Source: the human T2T-CHM13v2.0 reference genome, Homo sapiens
Reading direction: 5' to 3' (one strand)
NCBI RefSeq assembly: GCF_009914755.1
Contig: NC_060947.1
Length of the DNA: 64,000 nucleotides
Shown here: one piece after another, positions 29,329 to 48,178 of the stretch
Layout of the letters: each line of letters starts with the position of its first letter
Numbering within the stretch: the first letter of the stretch is position 1
Program-made: the position numbers and the translations under genes
The notes under the pieces: generated by a model
What the model was told of the DNA's origin: nothing
What the model saw: only the letters and a program-made list of their open reading frames with translations
Databases searched by the model: none

Positions 29329-30207
29329 GAAATCTTGGTTTCTGTTCTGACTTATACTATTTCTTTTTCTACTTATTTTGGATTTAATTTGTTCTTCCCT
29401 TAGTGTTTTAGGCTTAAGATTATAAATTTTATATTTATAATTTCTCATTTTCTCATATGTTCATTTTAGGTTAGAAATTAACTCTAAACACTCCTTTTGT
29501 TGTATCCTTCAGATTTTGGTAAGTTTTATGTTAATTGGTATTTAGTTCAAAGGTGTTTTTGTTTTTCATGAGACTTCTTTGATTCATGGGTTATCTAGAA
29601 GTCTGTACCTTAAAACTTAAATACCTTGAGATTTTCCAAACATATTTTGGTTATTAATTTCTAATTTTATATTACAATAAAGTAAAAGCATTCTTTTCCG
29701 ATTTCTACTCATTTACATTTCTTAAGTCTAATCATCCAGTATGTGGTTGATCTTGGTGAATGCTCCATGTGAGCTAGATAGTAAGTATTCTTTTGTTGCA
29801 AGAAGTATTCTGTTAATGTCAGTTCGATTCAGTTGATTGATGGTGCTGTTCAGTTCAACTATATCCTTACCAATTTGTTTGCTTGCTAGATCTTTTAATT
29901 ATTTATAGAAGATTATTCAAGGCTACAACTGTAATAGTTAAGATGTCTGCCACTCCTTGTAGTTACACCAGCTTTTGCCTCATAGATTTTGAAGCTCTGT
30001 AGATAGACACATACACATTCAGAGATTTTATTTTGTCTTCTTGAATAATTGACTTTGTTATCAATATATAGTGAACCAATTTATTATCGATCATTTCCTT
30101 GGCTCTGAAGTCTTTTTTGTCTGATATTGATATTTTCCTGCTTTCTTTTCATTATTCTTAGCATGGTATATCCTCCACCATCATTTTACTTTTAATCTCT
30201 TTGAGTC

Positions 30208-30710
30208 TGCTGGGGATAGGCTCCAAATCTGGCCATAAACTGGCCCCAAAACTGGCTATAAACAAAATCTCTGCAGCACTGTGACATGTTCGTGAGGGCC
30301 ATGATGCCCATGCTGAAGGTTGTGGGTTTACCGGGATGAGGGCAAGGAACACCTGGCCCATCCAGGGCGGAAAACAGCTTAAAGGCATTCCTGAACCACA
30401 AACAATAGCATGAGTGATCTGTGCTTTAAGGCCATGTTCCTGCTGCAGATAACTAGCCAGAGCCCATCCCTTTGTTTTGGCCCATCCCTTTGTTTCCTGT
30501 AAAGAATACTTTTAGTAAATCTATAATCTATAGAAACAATGTTTATCACTGGCTTGCTGTCAATAAATATGTGGGTAAATCTCTGTTTGGGGCTCTCAGC
30601 TCTGAAGGCTGTGAGTCCCCTGATTTCCCACTCCCCATGCTATATTTCTGTGTGTGTGTCTTTAATTCCTCTAGCGCCACTGGGTTAGGGTCTCCCCGAC
30701 TGAGCTGTTC
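30208..30710 (+). mobile_element. MER9-type solo LTR (HERV-K HML-3 / HERVK9)
   Basis: 'aaatctggccataaactggccccaaaactggc...aaatctctgcagcactgtgacatg' matches recalled MER9a; internal aataaa; the last bases and right TSD appear clipped. Confidence 0.85.
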
Positions 30711-30731
30711 TTTATACTCCAAGGTATTCTT

Positions 30732-33133
30732 GATGGAGGACTCCAAGATGGCTGATTAGTGGCATCTCATGCTCACCTTTTCCATAAAGAATAACTAAAA
30801 TAGTGAGCAAATAATCACATTTTGGATAGGTCATCTAAGAGAGAACACTATAATTCAACAGAAGAGTGACAAAAAAAATCTAAGCCAAGGAAGGAGAGGG
30901 AAGCAAGGCAGACTGCTTGGCTAGAATTAGCTGGAAGCCCAGTGACAATCCCCAGTGTAAGGAAAGGGTAAATTAGAGACCCCAAGTAGTTTATATTTCC
31001 GGTACAGACTGCTGCAATTCTGGCTATGGGAGAGTCTCTTGATCCCTGTGAGCCCTGAGACTAACATAGGGAGCTGCATGGGGACAGTGCAATGGCAATG
31101 ATCCAGAGAGGAAACACACATCGTCCCACACACCCCTTGAGTCCTAAAAAAACTACAGTATGGTGCCATTTAAGAGCCCAGTTCCCGCCAGACTGCATTG
31201 TTCCCTGGGTTGCAACAGCCCATGCATCTGAAAATCACTGGAGCCCAATTGACATCCTCCACTCACTACCACTGAAACTGCTAGCTGCTACTTCCAGGAC
31301 CAAAGCACAAGCCATTGACAGTCACCCCATAACACCTAGAAGCAGGGCTCTTATACATTTTGATGCATCCTGATGACAGGCTTTCCCACCCATTGCATGT
31401 GCAGGCAGCTGCAGCTTGGTACCAAAGCATAATCCGTTGGCAGTGACCCATTTTTTACAGCAGGGTGGCTGCAATACTTGCCCATATATCCTGAAGACAC
31501 ACTATCCTGTTCACAACAGCTGATAATACTTGTTGTTTTTTTCCAGGACTAGAGCACAAGACACTGGCAACAACCCAGAAGACCATAGCAATGAGACCAC
31601 TGCAGATTTTCAAACTCCCTGAAGACATGACAGGCTAGTCCACCCACAGCTGTTACCTGGGGCTAAAGCACATGCTCACATGTCTACCTATGACTATTGC
31701 CATTGAAAGCAACCTTGCCTTCTGCAGCAAAAGGGCTGCAGCATAGCCACTGTCACTATCACATGAGCACTCCTCAGGGGCCTGGGATCACCTTGTCCCT
31801 GCTTGCTGTAACTAGTGACTACACACACCACTGAGGCCTGGGGAGGCCTACCTGGCCTGGTTCTGTCTCCTACCCTAGTGCCCAAGCACATCATCTGAAG
31901 GCCTGGGGATTTCCCTGCCTCATGCACCACTGTTGACACATGAGCACTTATCTCAGGGGCCTGAGGATGGGTCCACTCAACCTGCCACTGCCATTATACT
32001 GAAAACTACCTGCATGCACATACTGCGAGACTGAGGACTGGCTTGCCCAGCCCATCACAAGCACCACCAACATTATCATGAATAGTTTAGGACGCAGAGA
32101 GGTTTCCCACCACTGCTACACCATTGACAATGCTATGCATACTGCCAAAGGACCTTAGAATATTGCCCATCGCCATGTACACAACTGTCAATGCTAGCAT
32201 TTGAGTAAGGCACCTGGAGGTCCAAGAATTGGCCTTCATAGACCCACTAACACAGAAGCCAGCATATGCCAACCTGGGACCCAAGAATAGGCAGGTGTGT
32301 TCCATTGCTTCACCACTGGAGACAAAGAGTGGCCTACCTGGTGTACCTGTTCTCAGCAAAACTTTACCACAGTCTTCACTAACAACTACACTCTAAACCG
32401 TCAAAGAAACCACAGACACAACTAATGCTGTTCACAGCTAAAGAAATTATATAAAGACAACACTACTGCATGCACCCAGAACTAAAGCCAAAGTTCCCTC
32501 CCCAACTTGAATGATGAATAAATCTTCAGGAAAAAGTCCTCTCCTTCAAAAGAAAATCCAAGGAAAGGAATAAACTGTTACACCAGATATACAAATATTA
32601 ATGTAAGGACACAAGAAACATAAAAAAGCAAAAAAAAAAAAAAAATGACATCTCCAAAGCATCAAAGTAATTCTTCAACCACAGATTTTGATGAAAAATA
32701 TTCTGAAATCCTGGAAAAAAAATTCAAAATGATGATATTAAAGAAGCTCAGTGAGATAATTGAGAACAGAGGTAAACAATTTAAAAAATCAGAACACTAA
32801 GTGTAAGAAAAAAAAATTTACCAAAGAGAAAGAGATCATGAAAAGAACCAAGTGAAAATCCTGAAACTGAAGAATTTATTGAATAAAACTTAAAAAACGC
32901 ATTCAAGAACTTCAAATATAGACCAGATCAAGCAGAAAAACAGTTTTAGAACTTGAAAACAGGTCCTTTGAAATGACTCAGGCCAAAATAAAGAAGACAA
33001 AATTTAAAGGAATAAGCAAAGTTTTTTTGTCATATGGAAAAACATAATGTGACAAAATATTTACATTTTTAGTTCATGAAAGGCAAACAGAAAAAAAATT
33101 GAAAATCTAGTTACTGAAATTATACTTGAAGAC
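30732..33133 (+). mobile_element. L1MA-era 5'UTR plus start of ORF1; rest of the element missing
   Basis: Begins with the 'ccaagatggctga' L1 5' motif; long GC-richer UTR; A-rich ORF1-like sequence from 'atgacatctccaaag' (~32645). Confidence 0.8.
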
Positions 33134-33298
33134 TAAGCTTCCTCCCCCTTCAGCCCAGCATCCGAATCCTCCCTCTGTTCACTCTCAATGACTTCCCTTC
33201 AAAGAACTGCTTGGAATGTGACCGATTTTTCTAAGTCCTCATCTCTCAGTGGGAGATTCTCCACCTAACTGTATCTGGTTGGCCATCTTGGCTCCCCT
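33134..33298 (-). mobile_element. Extreme 5' end of an older L1P element
   Basis: Reverse complement reads 'ggggagccaagatggccaaccagatacag...tctcccactgagag', an L1 5' terminus with the YY1 motif. Confidence 0.75.
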
Positions 33299-33412
33299 TC
33301 TATGTTACCTTTATGAAACACGCTAACTGATTTCCACAACTTACTGAATTTTAGAACATAGTTGATGAAAATCTTGTGTGTCTGATTCCTTCTGTTTTGA
33401 GAAATATATTTA

Positions 33413-33842
33413 TGTATTAGTCCATTCTCACATTGTTGTAAAAAAAAATCTGATACTGAGTAATTTATTTTAAAAAGAGGTTTAATTGGCTCACAATTCT
33501 GCAGGCTGTACAAAAAGCATAGCTGCATGTGCTTCTGGGGGAGCCTCAGGAAGCTTCCAATTATGGCAAAAGGCAAAGGGGAAGCAGGCATGTCACATGG
33601 CAAAAGCAGGAGCAAGATGGAGTGAGGAGGGATGAGGAGGGAGAGCTACACACTTTTAAATCACTAGATCTTATGAGAACTCACTCACTATCATGAGGAC
33701 AGTACCAAGAGGGACGATGCTAAATCATATATGAGAAAACTGCCCTCATAATCTAATCACTTTCCACCAGGTACCACCTCCAACATTGGAGACTGCATTT
33801 CAATATGAGATTTGGGTAGGGACACACATCCAAACTATATCA
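33413..33842 (-). mobile_element. MSTA solo LTR
   Basis: tgtattagtcc...ccaaactatatca termini; TSD attta/actta. Confidence 0.92.
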
Positions 33843-33989
33843 ACTTAGGTAGAGAAAGTAATAATTGCTCACATCTTTATACTAATTACACTTATATAAT
33901 GTAATTAAATATTACATGAATTAATAAAAGATTAGTGTAAAGGGGCATTTTTGAAGTCTTTGAAAAGAATTGAGAAAAACAAATGAATA

Positions 33990-36062
<2,073 letters not shown>

Positions 36063-36209
36063 CTATTAAAGGAAAAATAAAACAAACACTAAAAATAGTA
36101 GATCATTCAATATCAATATGGTAATGCAAGAAAGTAAGTGAAAAAATATTAAAACAAAATAAAGACATCAGTGAAAAGAGTGAGGAAACTTAACTAAGAA
36201 GTTGGGTTT

Positions 36210-36372
36210 ATTTAGTAGTATGTTAATAATCTTAATTTTCTGATTTCTGTAATTTTTCGTGGTTATGTAAGATTTTAGCATTAAAGTAAGTGGGTCAGGG
36301 ATTTATGGGCTCTTTATTCTTTTGAAATTCTCTCTGTGTCTAAAATAAACCTAAATTAAATATTTAAAAAAT
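36210..36372 (+). mobile_element. Ancient L1MC/ME 3'-end relic
   Basis: 'gtggttatgtaag...ttttgaaattctctctgtgtctaaaata' resembles old L1 termini. Confidence 0.5.
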
Positions 36373-36689
36373 TACTAATAAATATATATGTAATTTATAT
36401 GTTTCTTATACATACATACCAATCTTTGGCCTTGTTAATGTTTCAACAGGATAAAATAGAATAAATTCAGATCTGTGCTTCTAAGACTTATGGATTTTGA
36501 GAGCCAAAGGTTTATACTCACAAACTGGGGGACTAAAATAGTGCAGCTAATTTTTAATTTTAATTTTTAATTTTGTCAAGTTAAGCTATTTAAAAATATC
36601 AAGAACTCTTTCAGCCAAGAAAAAATATTTCAAAACAAATTATGAAGAATAAAATATCACAATAAAAGACAGTTCTTAATATTCTAAGT

Positions 36690-37695
36690 ACTCATTGTAG
36701 ACAATTTCAAACATATTTAAAAGTAGAAAAATAATAGTTTAATGAACCTCCGTGTATCCATCCCAAGCTTCAATGTTTCTCATCTAATAGACAATATTGT
36801 TTCATCTATATCCATCATAAGTATCCTATTCTTAATTCTAATGGATATTTTGAAGAAGGTACTAGATATTACATCATATCATTCATAAATATTTTGCTCA
36901 TATATCTAAAAGATAAGGACTCATGTTTATCATCTAATAGACAATCTTGTTTCATCTATATCCATCATTAAGTATCCTATTTTTAATTCTAATGGATATT
37001 TTGAAGAAGGTACTAGATATTACATCCTATCATTCATAAATATTTTGCATATATATCTAAAAGATAATAACTCATATTAAAAGCATACTATAATACCATT
37101 CTCACTTAAAACAATAATTCCTCATTGTAAACTATCCAATTAGTTTTCAAATTTCTTCAATTATCTTATTAGTTTTTTCTTTTAATTTGCAATTGTCCAA
37201 ATTATGAGCTAAATAAGGTCTACACATTTTAGTTGATTAATGTGTCTCTTAAGTCTTATTTAATTTATATATTTTCTTCTCAATCTCTTATATTTTCCTT
37301 TGAAATTTATATGTTAAAATATCTTTTCATTTGCCATAGAGATTTTCCCTCATTCTGAGTATCTTTGCTGTCATTTAACATGTTCTTCATTCCATCATAT
37401 TTCCTACATGCTATTAATTGAATCTAGAGAACTGATCAGATACAGGGTCAAATTTTTGGTAAGGATACTTTATAGATGGGTCTATATATGGATCTATATA
37501 TTTGTATTAAATATTCATAATGTCTAAATGCCTCTACCTTTTGTGGTGTTAAAATTAATCAGTGGTTTTTAGGTGTCATTAGTTTGATTTATTCCTCATA
37601 AAGCTACACAGCAGCTTTTCACATAATGGTTTTCTCAGGAATGTATAATTGTTGCCTAGATCCATTCTTTTTCATCAAGGTTTGCAAAGTGTTAA
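36690..37695 (-). mobile_element. Ancient L1MC5/ME-type 3' region containing a 150-bp tandem duplication
   Basis: 'aatttcaaacatatttaaaagtagaaaaataatag...aatgaacctcc' antisense old-L1 end. Confidence 0.6.
36773..37074. repeat. ~150-bp tandem duplication, two copies differing at only a handful of positions
   Basis: 'catctaatagacaat' at 36781 and 36931; alignment holds across the unit. Confidence 0.95.
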
Positions 37696-37696
37696 T

Positions 37697-37881
37697 TTTC
37701 TTTTTCTTTTTCTTTCCTTTTTTTTTTTTCCTTTGAGACATAGTTTCTCTCTGTTGGCCAAGTTGGAGCGCATTGGAGTGACCTCAGATCACTGCAACCT
37801 CTATTTCCCGGGCTCAAGCAATTATTGTGCCTCAGACTCCCAAGTAGCTGGGATTACAGGTGCATGCCACCGTGTTTGGCT

Positions 37882-37915
<34 letters not shown>

Positions 37916-38116
37916 GGATTACAGGTGCATGCCACCGTGTTTGGCTAATTTTTTTTTTTTTTTTTTTTTTTTTAGTAGACATGGGGTTTCGACTTTAGTA
38001 GACATGGGGTTTCGCCACGTTGGCCAGGTTGGTCTCGAGCTCCTGGCCTCAGGTGATCCACCTGTCTCACCCTCCCAAAGTGCTGGGATTACAGGCGTGG
38101 GCTACTGTGTCCAGTC
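37697..38116 (-). mobile_element. AluS-type element with two internal perfect duplications
   Basis: Antisense Alu with duplicated 35-bp and 21-bp segments around the linker. Confidence 0.95.
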
Positions 38117-38171
38117 ATATTTTTCTACTTTATCATTTTTCCTTTGATTATATATATACATTCACTTTTTA

Positions 38172-38453
<282 letters not shown>

Positions 38454-38735
38454 TTAACCTGAGATATACTTTATTCAGTCAAAATATGATAAATGCTTTG
38501 TGAGAATCATGGGTTGGTTCCCTGGCATCTTTCAAAGTTAACCAATGAGTTTTAAAAAAATACTATAAAATCACAGATTTTAACATAATTAATGTGTCAG
38601 AATCTACTGAGTTATTTTTCCTTTATTTAGGATTATACGGTTTTGTTTATTTTCATTGATTTTTATATTTCTAAGTCTTTCATACTGAAAATCTTAAATG
38701 TTCATGACAATAATATAAATATTTTGGTTTATGTT

Positions 38736-39126
38736 TGCTGTGGTTTGAATGTGTCTCTCAATGATCATGTGCTGTAAACTTAGTCCCTAATAGAACAGTA
38801 TCGGGAGGTGAAGTCCAATAGGAGGGACTGTGATGACAGTTCTACTCTATTGATTGGATTAATGTCATCATCACAGGAGTAGGTTAGTTATTCCAAGAAT
38901 GGGCTTTTTATAAAAGCAAATCTAGCCTCCTTTTTCTTTCTCGTGCTCTCTTGTCCTTCCACATTCTGCCATGAAATGACACAGCAAGACTCCCCTCACC
39001 AAATGCAGACCCCCTGACCTTGGACTTTCCAGCCTCCAGAATTATAAGAAATAAATTTCTTTTCAGAAAAAATAAATTACTCAGGCTGTGGCAGTGTGTA
39101 ATAGCAACACAAAATAAATTAAGACA
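38736..39126 (+). mobile_element. MSTD-like MaLR solo LTR
   Basis: tgctgtggtttgaatg...taagaca termini; 'ttggactttccagcctccagaa'; TSD atgtt/atgtg. Confidence 0.85.
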
Positions 39127-39446
39127 ATGTGACTTTCAGAATAACAATTGCAATATTATTGCTAATCATATAATTACTAAAACAGATTATTGTTTTGTTA
39201 TTTTTGACCTTGAGATATATGTCACTGGGGATTTACTGATAAATTACTTTGTTTTTAAGTTTCTTGAAATAAGTTTTCTTGTGTCTTTAGGATAGACCTC
39301 ACTGAGAATGTACTGCCAAATCACTATATTTTAAAGTTACTTGAAAGATGTTCTCTCTGCATAGTTGAAGTACTGAATGCATTTATTAATTTAATTTGCT
39401 CTCAAATTTTACATTTTTTATTTTGTTTTTGTATAATTACAAATGT

Positions 39447-40917
<1,471 letters not shown>

Positions 40918-41399
40918 CCATTCTACAAAACATATTCAAAGAAGTCTACTATCCAGCTGCTTTTCTGCTCCCAATTTTCTCCTATCAGTTACCTTATTTT
41001 TTTAACATTTTAAACATAAGGGAATGCATATATCATACCTTTCTTTCTTAGATAAATGATCACATACTATATAGAATTATCTCCACCTTACTTTGTTTGC
41101 TTAACAATGTATCCTGGAGATTCTCTCATAGCAATACATAGAAACAGACTGCCTTCTCTTTATGGTAATATTATACACCCATTTTGTGTGTATGTACCAT
41201 AGTTTCTTCTATCACCCAAGAGTAGTCATTTAAATGCAATCAATTTACACCATGGAAACATATTACACTTTTCTTATTTTGGAGATTTCACATGAGAAAC
41301 TTTCCTCATAGATGAGCAGTGAGTTGGGAATCAGGATATAAGAATTAGTAGTAAGACTGCTTCTCTCTCTGAATTTAGGAAGCTGAATTTTTTTCACCT

Positions 41400-41575
41400 C
41401 TTATTTCTATTTTTTTATTGTTAAAAATTTATGGGGTACATGTGAAATTTTGTTACATATATACAATAAGTGGTGGTCAAGTAAGTCTGCTTAGTGTATC
41501 CATCATCTGAATACAATACATTTCTGTGAACTGTAGTCACCCTAACCTGCTATCAAACACATTTCATATAGTCCT
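41400..41575 (-). mobile_element. Short L1PB4/L1MA-type 3' end
   Basis: 'aatttatggggtacatgtgaaattttgttacat' antisense L1 terminus. Confidence 0.7.
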
Positions 41576-41726
41576 TTTATGTTTTAAGAGACTCAAGCTG
41601 CTCGACTAAACCTGTGCTTTCCAAATAGGTGGTAGTAATCCACGTAAGAAGTGGTAAATGGGTAGAGAGTGAAATGATTTACTAAGGAGTACAAACATCA
41701 AAAGTTTAGTCCATTATTTGGCATGC

Positions 41727-43875
<2,149 letters not shown>

Positions 43876-44204
43876 GATTATTATCCCTCCCATCTTCTAG
43901 CTATGTTACCTTTGTCAAAAACCAAGGGCCCAGAGGTCTGTTTATGACTTTTCTGGATTCTCTTTTCTTAACTATGTATCCATATGCCAACAACACACTG
44001 CTTTTATTTCTATATCCTTATAATAAATTTCAATGTTGGGTGATGTATATCAGTTAACTTGTAGTACTTCAAAATTCTCCTGGACCAGCATGGTTCTTTC
44101 TGGTTTTGTACACATTGTAGAATAATTTTCTCAATTTTCATGCAGAAATTAATAGAATTTTGATTGAGATTGTATTGAACTTAAATATCATTATGGGACA
44201 TTGA

Positions 44205-44400
44205 ATTTTAGCAAGACAGCCTGGATTAGAGTTCTGTTTCTGACACTTTTGATAATGAAAAGTGAAACACTTTGTACTTTATTCTAAAAAATAATAGATA
44301 CTCTCTGCTATCTTAGCATTTTTGTGAGGATTAAATATTATGGTCTAAGTAAAGTGCTTAGCAAAATACATTGTACATAGTAACCACTCAACAAATGGGT
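44205..44400 (+). mobile_element. MIR relic
   Basis: 'gtgaggattaaat...aagtaaagtgcttagc...catagtaaccactcaacaaatg'. Confidence 0.7.
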
Positions 44401-44471
44401 AAAATTAAGCTGAAAATATTCATAAGTTTCTTTTAAAATATCTAAATATTGGTTAAGGGAGTAGATCTCAG

Positions 44472-47400
44472 GGGAGGGCTTCCAGAAGGCTGATTAAAGT
44501 CATCTTGTATTCACCTCCTCCACCAAGGAAAACCAAAGTAGTATGTAGTTAATCATACTTTGAAGAGGCCATCCAAGAGAAAACACTGGAATTCAACAGA
44601 AAATTGACAGGAAAATGTAAAATGGGAAGAAAAAGAAAGTGAGACTTCCTGCTCAGTCAGGATCAGCTGGGAGCCTAAGGAGACTTCCCCATGCAGGGAA
44701 AGGGTGAGTGATAGACCCCCAGTAGTCCATATTCTCATGAAACATGCTTGCATTCCTAGCCACTGGAGAGCCCCCAGACGCTCATGGGCCCTGTAACTAA
44801 CATACAGAGCTAACTGGAGATTGTGCAATGGCATTGCTCCAGGGAAGCAGCTTGTGGAGGGTCCCACCCCTTCCTTTGTTATAAGCAGCTGCAGATGCTA
44901 TTTTACAGGCCCAGCCCACAACAGACCGAACACTGTCCTGGGTCCCAGCATGAGCTACTGCTGCGTTGGGGCTGACACAGAAATGAAGTGTGAACTGCCA
45001 CCGCTGTACTGAAGTGTGAGGAGGGTGTGTTTTCCCCACTTGCCAGACTAGGCTATCTTTCTACTGAAGGTAGCCCCACCTTCCCCAGTAAAAGGGCTAC
45101 AGTGTAGCAACTACCAGTCTCACCCAAACATTGTTCTGGGTGTCTGGGTATTACCCCACCCCTGTCTACCATGGTAGGCACCTGTATGCAACAGTATTGA
45201 GCCTGAGGACAAATCTGCTCAGCCATTTTGTCAAATACTTTATTTGTGTCTATTGAGATAATCATGTGATTTTTGTTTTTAATTCTGTGTATGTAGAGTA
45301 CCACATTTATTGGCTTATGTATGTTAAACCATCCCTGCATCCCTGGTATGAAACCCACTTGATCATAGTGGATTATCTTTTTCATATGCTGTTGGATTCG
45401 CTTTGCTAGAATTTTCTTGAGGATTTTTGCATCTATGTTTATCAGGGATATTGGCCTGCGGTTTTCTTTTTTAATTATGTTCTTTCCTGGTTTTGGTATT
45501 AGGGTGACACCAGTTTCATAGAATGATTCAGGGAGGATTCTCTTTTCCTCTTTCTTTTGAAATAGTGTTCATATGACTGGTACCAATTATCCTTTGAATT
45601 TCTGATATAATTCAGTTGTGAATCCATCTGGTCCTGGACTCTTTTTTTGTTGTTGGCAATTTTTTTATTACCATTCAATCTCACTGCTTCTGCTTGTTAT
45701 TAGTCTGTTCAGATATTCTATATCTTTCTTGTTTAATCTAGGAGAGCTGTATATTTCCAGGAATTTATCCATTTCCTCTAAGTTTTCTAGTTTATGCACA
45801 TAAAGGTGTTCATAGTAACCTTGATAATCTTTTGTCTTTGTGTGGTATCAGCTTTAATGTCTTCCATTTCATTTCTAATTGAGCTTATTTGGATCTTCTC
45901 TCTTCTTTTCCTGACTAATCTCATTAATGATCTATCAATTTTATTTATCTTTTCAAAGAACCAGTTTTTAGTTTCATTTATTTCTTGTATTTTTTTGTTT
46001 TAATTTCATTTAGTTCTGATCTGATCTTCGTTATTCCTTTTCTTCTGCTGGCTTTAGTTTTGGATTTTTTTTGTTTCTCTAGTTTCATGAGGTGTGACCT
46101 TAGACTGTCTGTTTGTGCTCTTTCAGACTTTTTGATGTAGGTGCTTATGCTATGAACTTTCCTCTTACCATCTTGATTTCATTGTTGACCCAACAAACAT
46201 TTAGAAGCAGGTTATTTGATTTCCATATATTTTCGTGGTTATAAGCATTTGTTTTGGAGTTCACTTTCAATTTTATCCCATTGTGGTCTGAGAGAGTACT
46301 TGATATAATTTTGATTATCTTAAATTTACTGAGAATTGTTTTGTGGCCTAACATATGGTCTAACTTGGACAATGGTCCAGCAAATGCAACAAAGAGAGAC
46401 AAAAAGATGGGACTTAATTAAACTAAAAAGCTTCTACAAAGCAAAAAAAAAAAAAACAAAACAAAAAAACCCCCTAATAATCAGCAGAGTTAACAGACAA
46501 CCCACAGAGTGAGAGAAAATCTTCACAATCTATACATCCAAAAACGTATTATTATCCAGAATCTACAAATAAACAAATCAGCAAGAAAAAAAAACAAGCA
46601 ATCCCATCAAAAAGTGGGATAAGGACATGAATAAACAATTCTAGAAAGAAGACATACAAATGTCCAACAAGCATATGGTTAAACGCTGAGTATCAAAAAT
46701 TATCAGGGAAATGCAAATCAAAACCACCATGAGATACCACCTTACTCCTGCAAGAATGGCCATAATCAAAAAATTAAAAAAATAATAGATGTTGGTGGGG
46801 ATGTGGTGAAAAGTGAACACCTTTACATTGTTAGTAGGTATGTAAACTAGCACAACCACTATGGAAAACAGTGTAGAGATTCCTTAAATAACAAAAAGTG
46901 GATCTACTGTTTGATCCAGCAATCCCACTACTAGGTATCTACCCAGAGGAAAGTAAGTCATTATATGAAAAAGATACTTGCACACACATGTTTATAGCAT
47001 CACAATTCGCAATTGCAAAAATATGAAACAAGCCCAAATGTCCATCATTCAATGAGTAGATTAAGAAATTGTTGTATATATGTACAATGAAGTGCCACTC
47101 AGCCATGAAAGGAACAAGTTAATGGCATTTGCAGCAACCTGGATGAAACTGGAGAATATTATTCTAAGTGAAGCAACTCAGGAATGGAAAACCAAATATC
47201 ATATGTTCTTAGTCATAAGTGGGAGCTAAGCTATGAGGATGCAAAAGCATAAGAATAATACCTTGGACTTTGGAGACTCGGGGAAAAGGCTGGGGTGTTG
47301 TGAGGGATAAAAGACTACACATTGGGTACAGTGTACACTGCTCAGGTGATGGGTGCACCGAAATCTCAGAAATCACCACTAAATAACTTATTCATGTAAT

Positions 47401-48178
47401 CAAACACCAACTGTCCACCAAAAACCTATTGAAGTAAAAAAAAAATTTAAAAAAGAAACTAAAAATAGAACTACCATACCATTCAGCAATCTCAGTACTG
47501 AGTACTTATTCAAAGGAAAGATATCACTATACCAAAGGTATAGCTGCACACACGTTTGTCACAGCATTACTAATAGCAAAGTTGTAGAATCAAACTAAGT
47601 GTTCACCAAGGGATGAATGAATAAAGAAAATGTGATATATATATATATATATATATACACGCACACAATTAAATATTATTTGAGCATAAAGATGAATAAA
47701 ATAATGTCATTTGCAGCAACATTGATGGAATTGGAGGTCATTAAGTTAAATGAAATACGCCAGCCACAGAAAGACAAACATTGCGTGTTTTTCCATACAT
47801 GCAGGAGCAAAAAAAGTTGACTTCTTGGAGATAGAGTATAGAATGATAGATACCAAAGACTGGGAAGAGTGTTTGGGTGAGAGGGGGGGATAAAAGTAAG
47901 TCAGTTACTAGGTACAGACATGCATTTATATAGAAGAAATAAGTTCTAATGTTCAATAGCATAATAGGTTGATTATAGTTGGCAACAACATATTTTATAC
48001 TTCAAAGTAGCTGGAAGAGAGGACTTGAAATATTCCCAATAAATAGAAAAAATAAATACTTAAGTTTACGAATATCCCAAATACCTTGGCTTGATTATCA
48101 CATATTCTATGCATGTAATATATACTCACATGTACCCCATGAATACATTATCAACAAAAATATTTAAATCTCGATTTT
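44472..48178 (+). mobile_element. L1MA-type element reduced to 5'UTR (44472-45225) and 3' end (~47452-48170), with an L1PB between them
   Basis: 5'UTR homologous to the one at 30732; L1MA 3'UTR; diverged candidate TSD aagggagtagatctcag (44455-44471) / aaagaagcatatttcag (48179-48195). Confidence 0.7.
45226..47451 (+). mobile_element. 5'-inverted L1PB element: antisense ORF2 arm 45226-46380, sense 3' arm 46381-47451
   Basis: Antisense peptide [19 protein letters not shown]; sense L1PB 3'UTR 'gagggataaaagactacacattgggtacagtgtacactgctcaggtgatgggtgcacc'. Confidence 0.88.

Larger units (their letters stand above)
11292..30730 (-). mobile_element. Old L1MC-type host element broken into pieces (~11292-11480, 13136-14485, 22487-23470, 29330-30207, 30710-30730) by younger insertions
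   Basis: L1MC 3'UTR motif 'ttacaattgatgaaccaatattgatacactatcattaactaaag'; the pieces run colinearly through antisense ORF2. Confidence 0.7.

Noticed and set aside
30462-30497. Direct repeat gcccatccctttgttt x2
   Set aside because: As I recall it is an ordinary feature of the MER9 LTR consensus
36773-37074. CRISPR-like or satellite array (also 63661-63786 and 1634-1670)
   Set aside because: Only two adjacent copies with no spacers; simple tandem duplications in eukaryotic DNA
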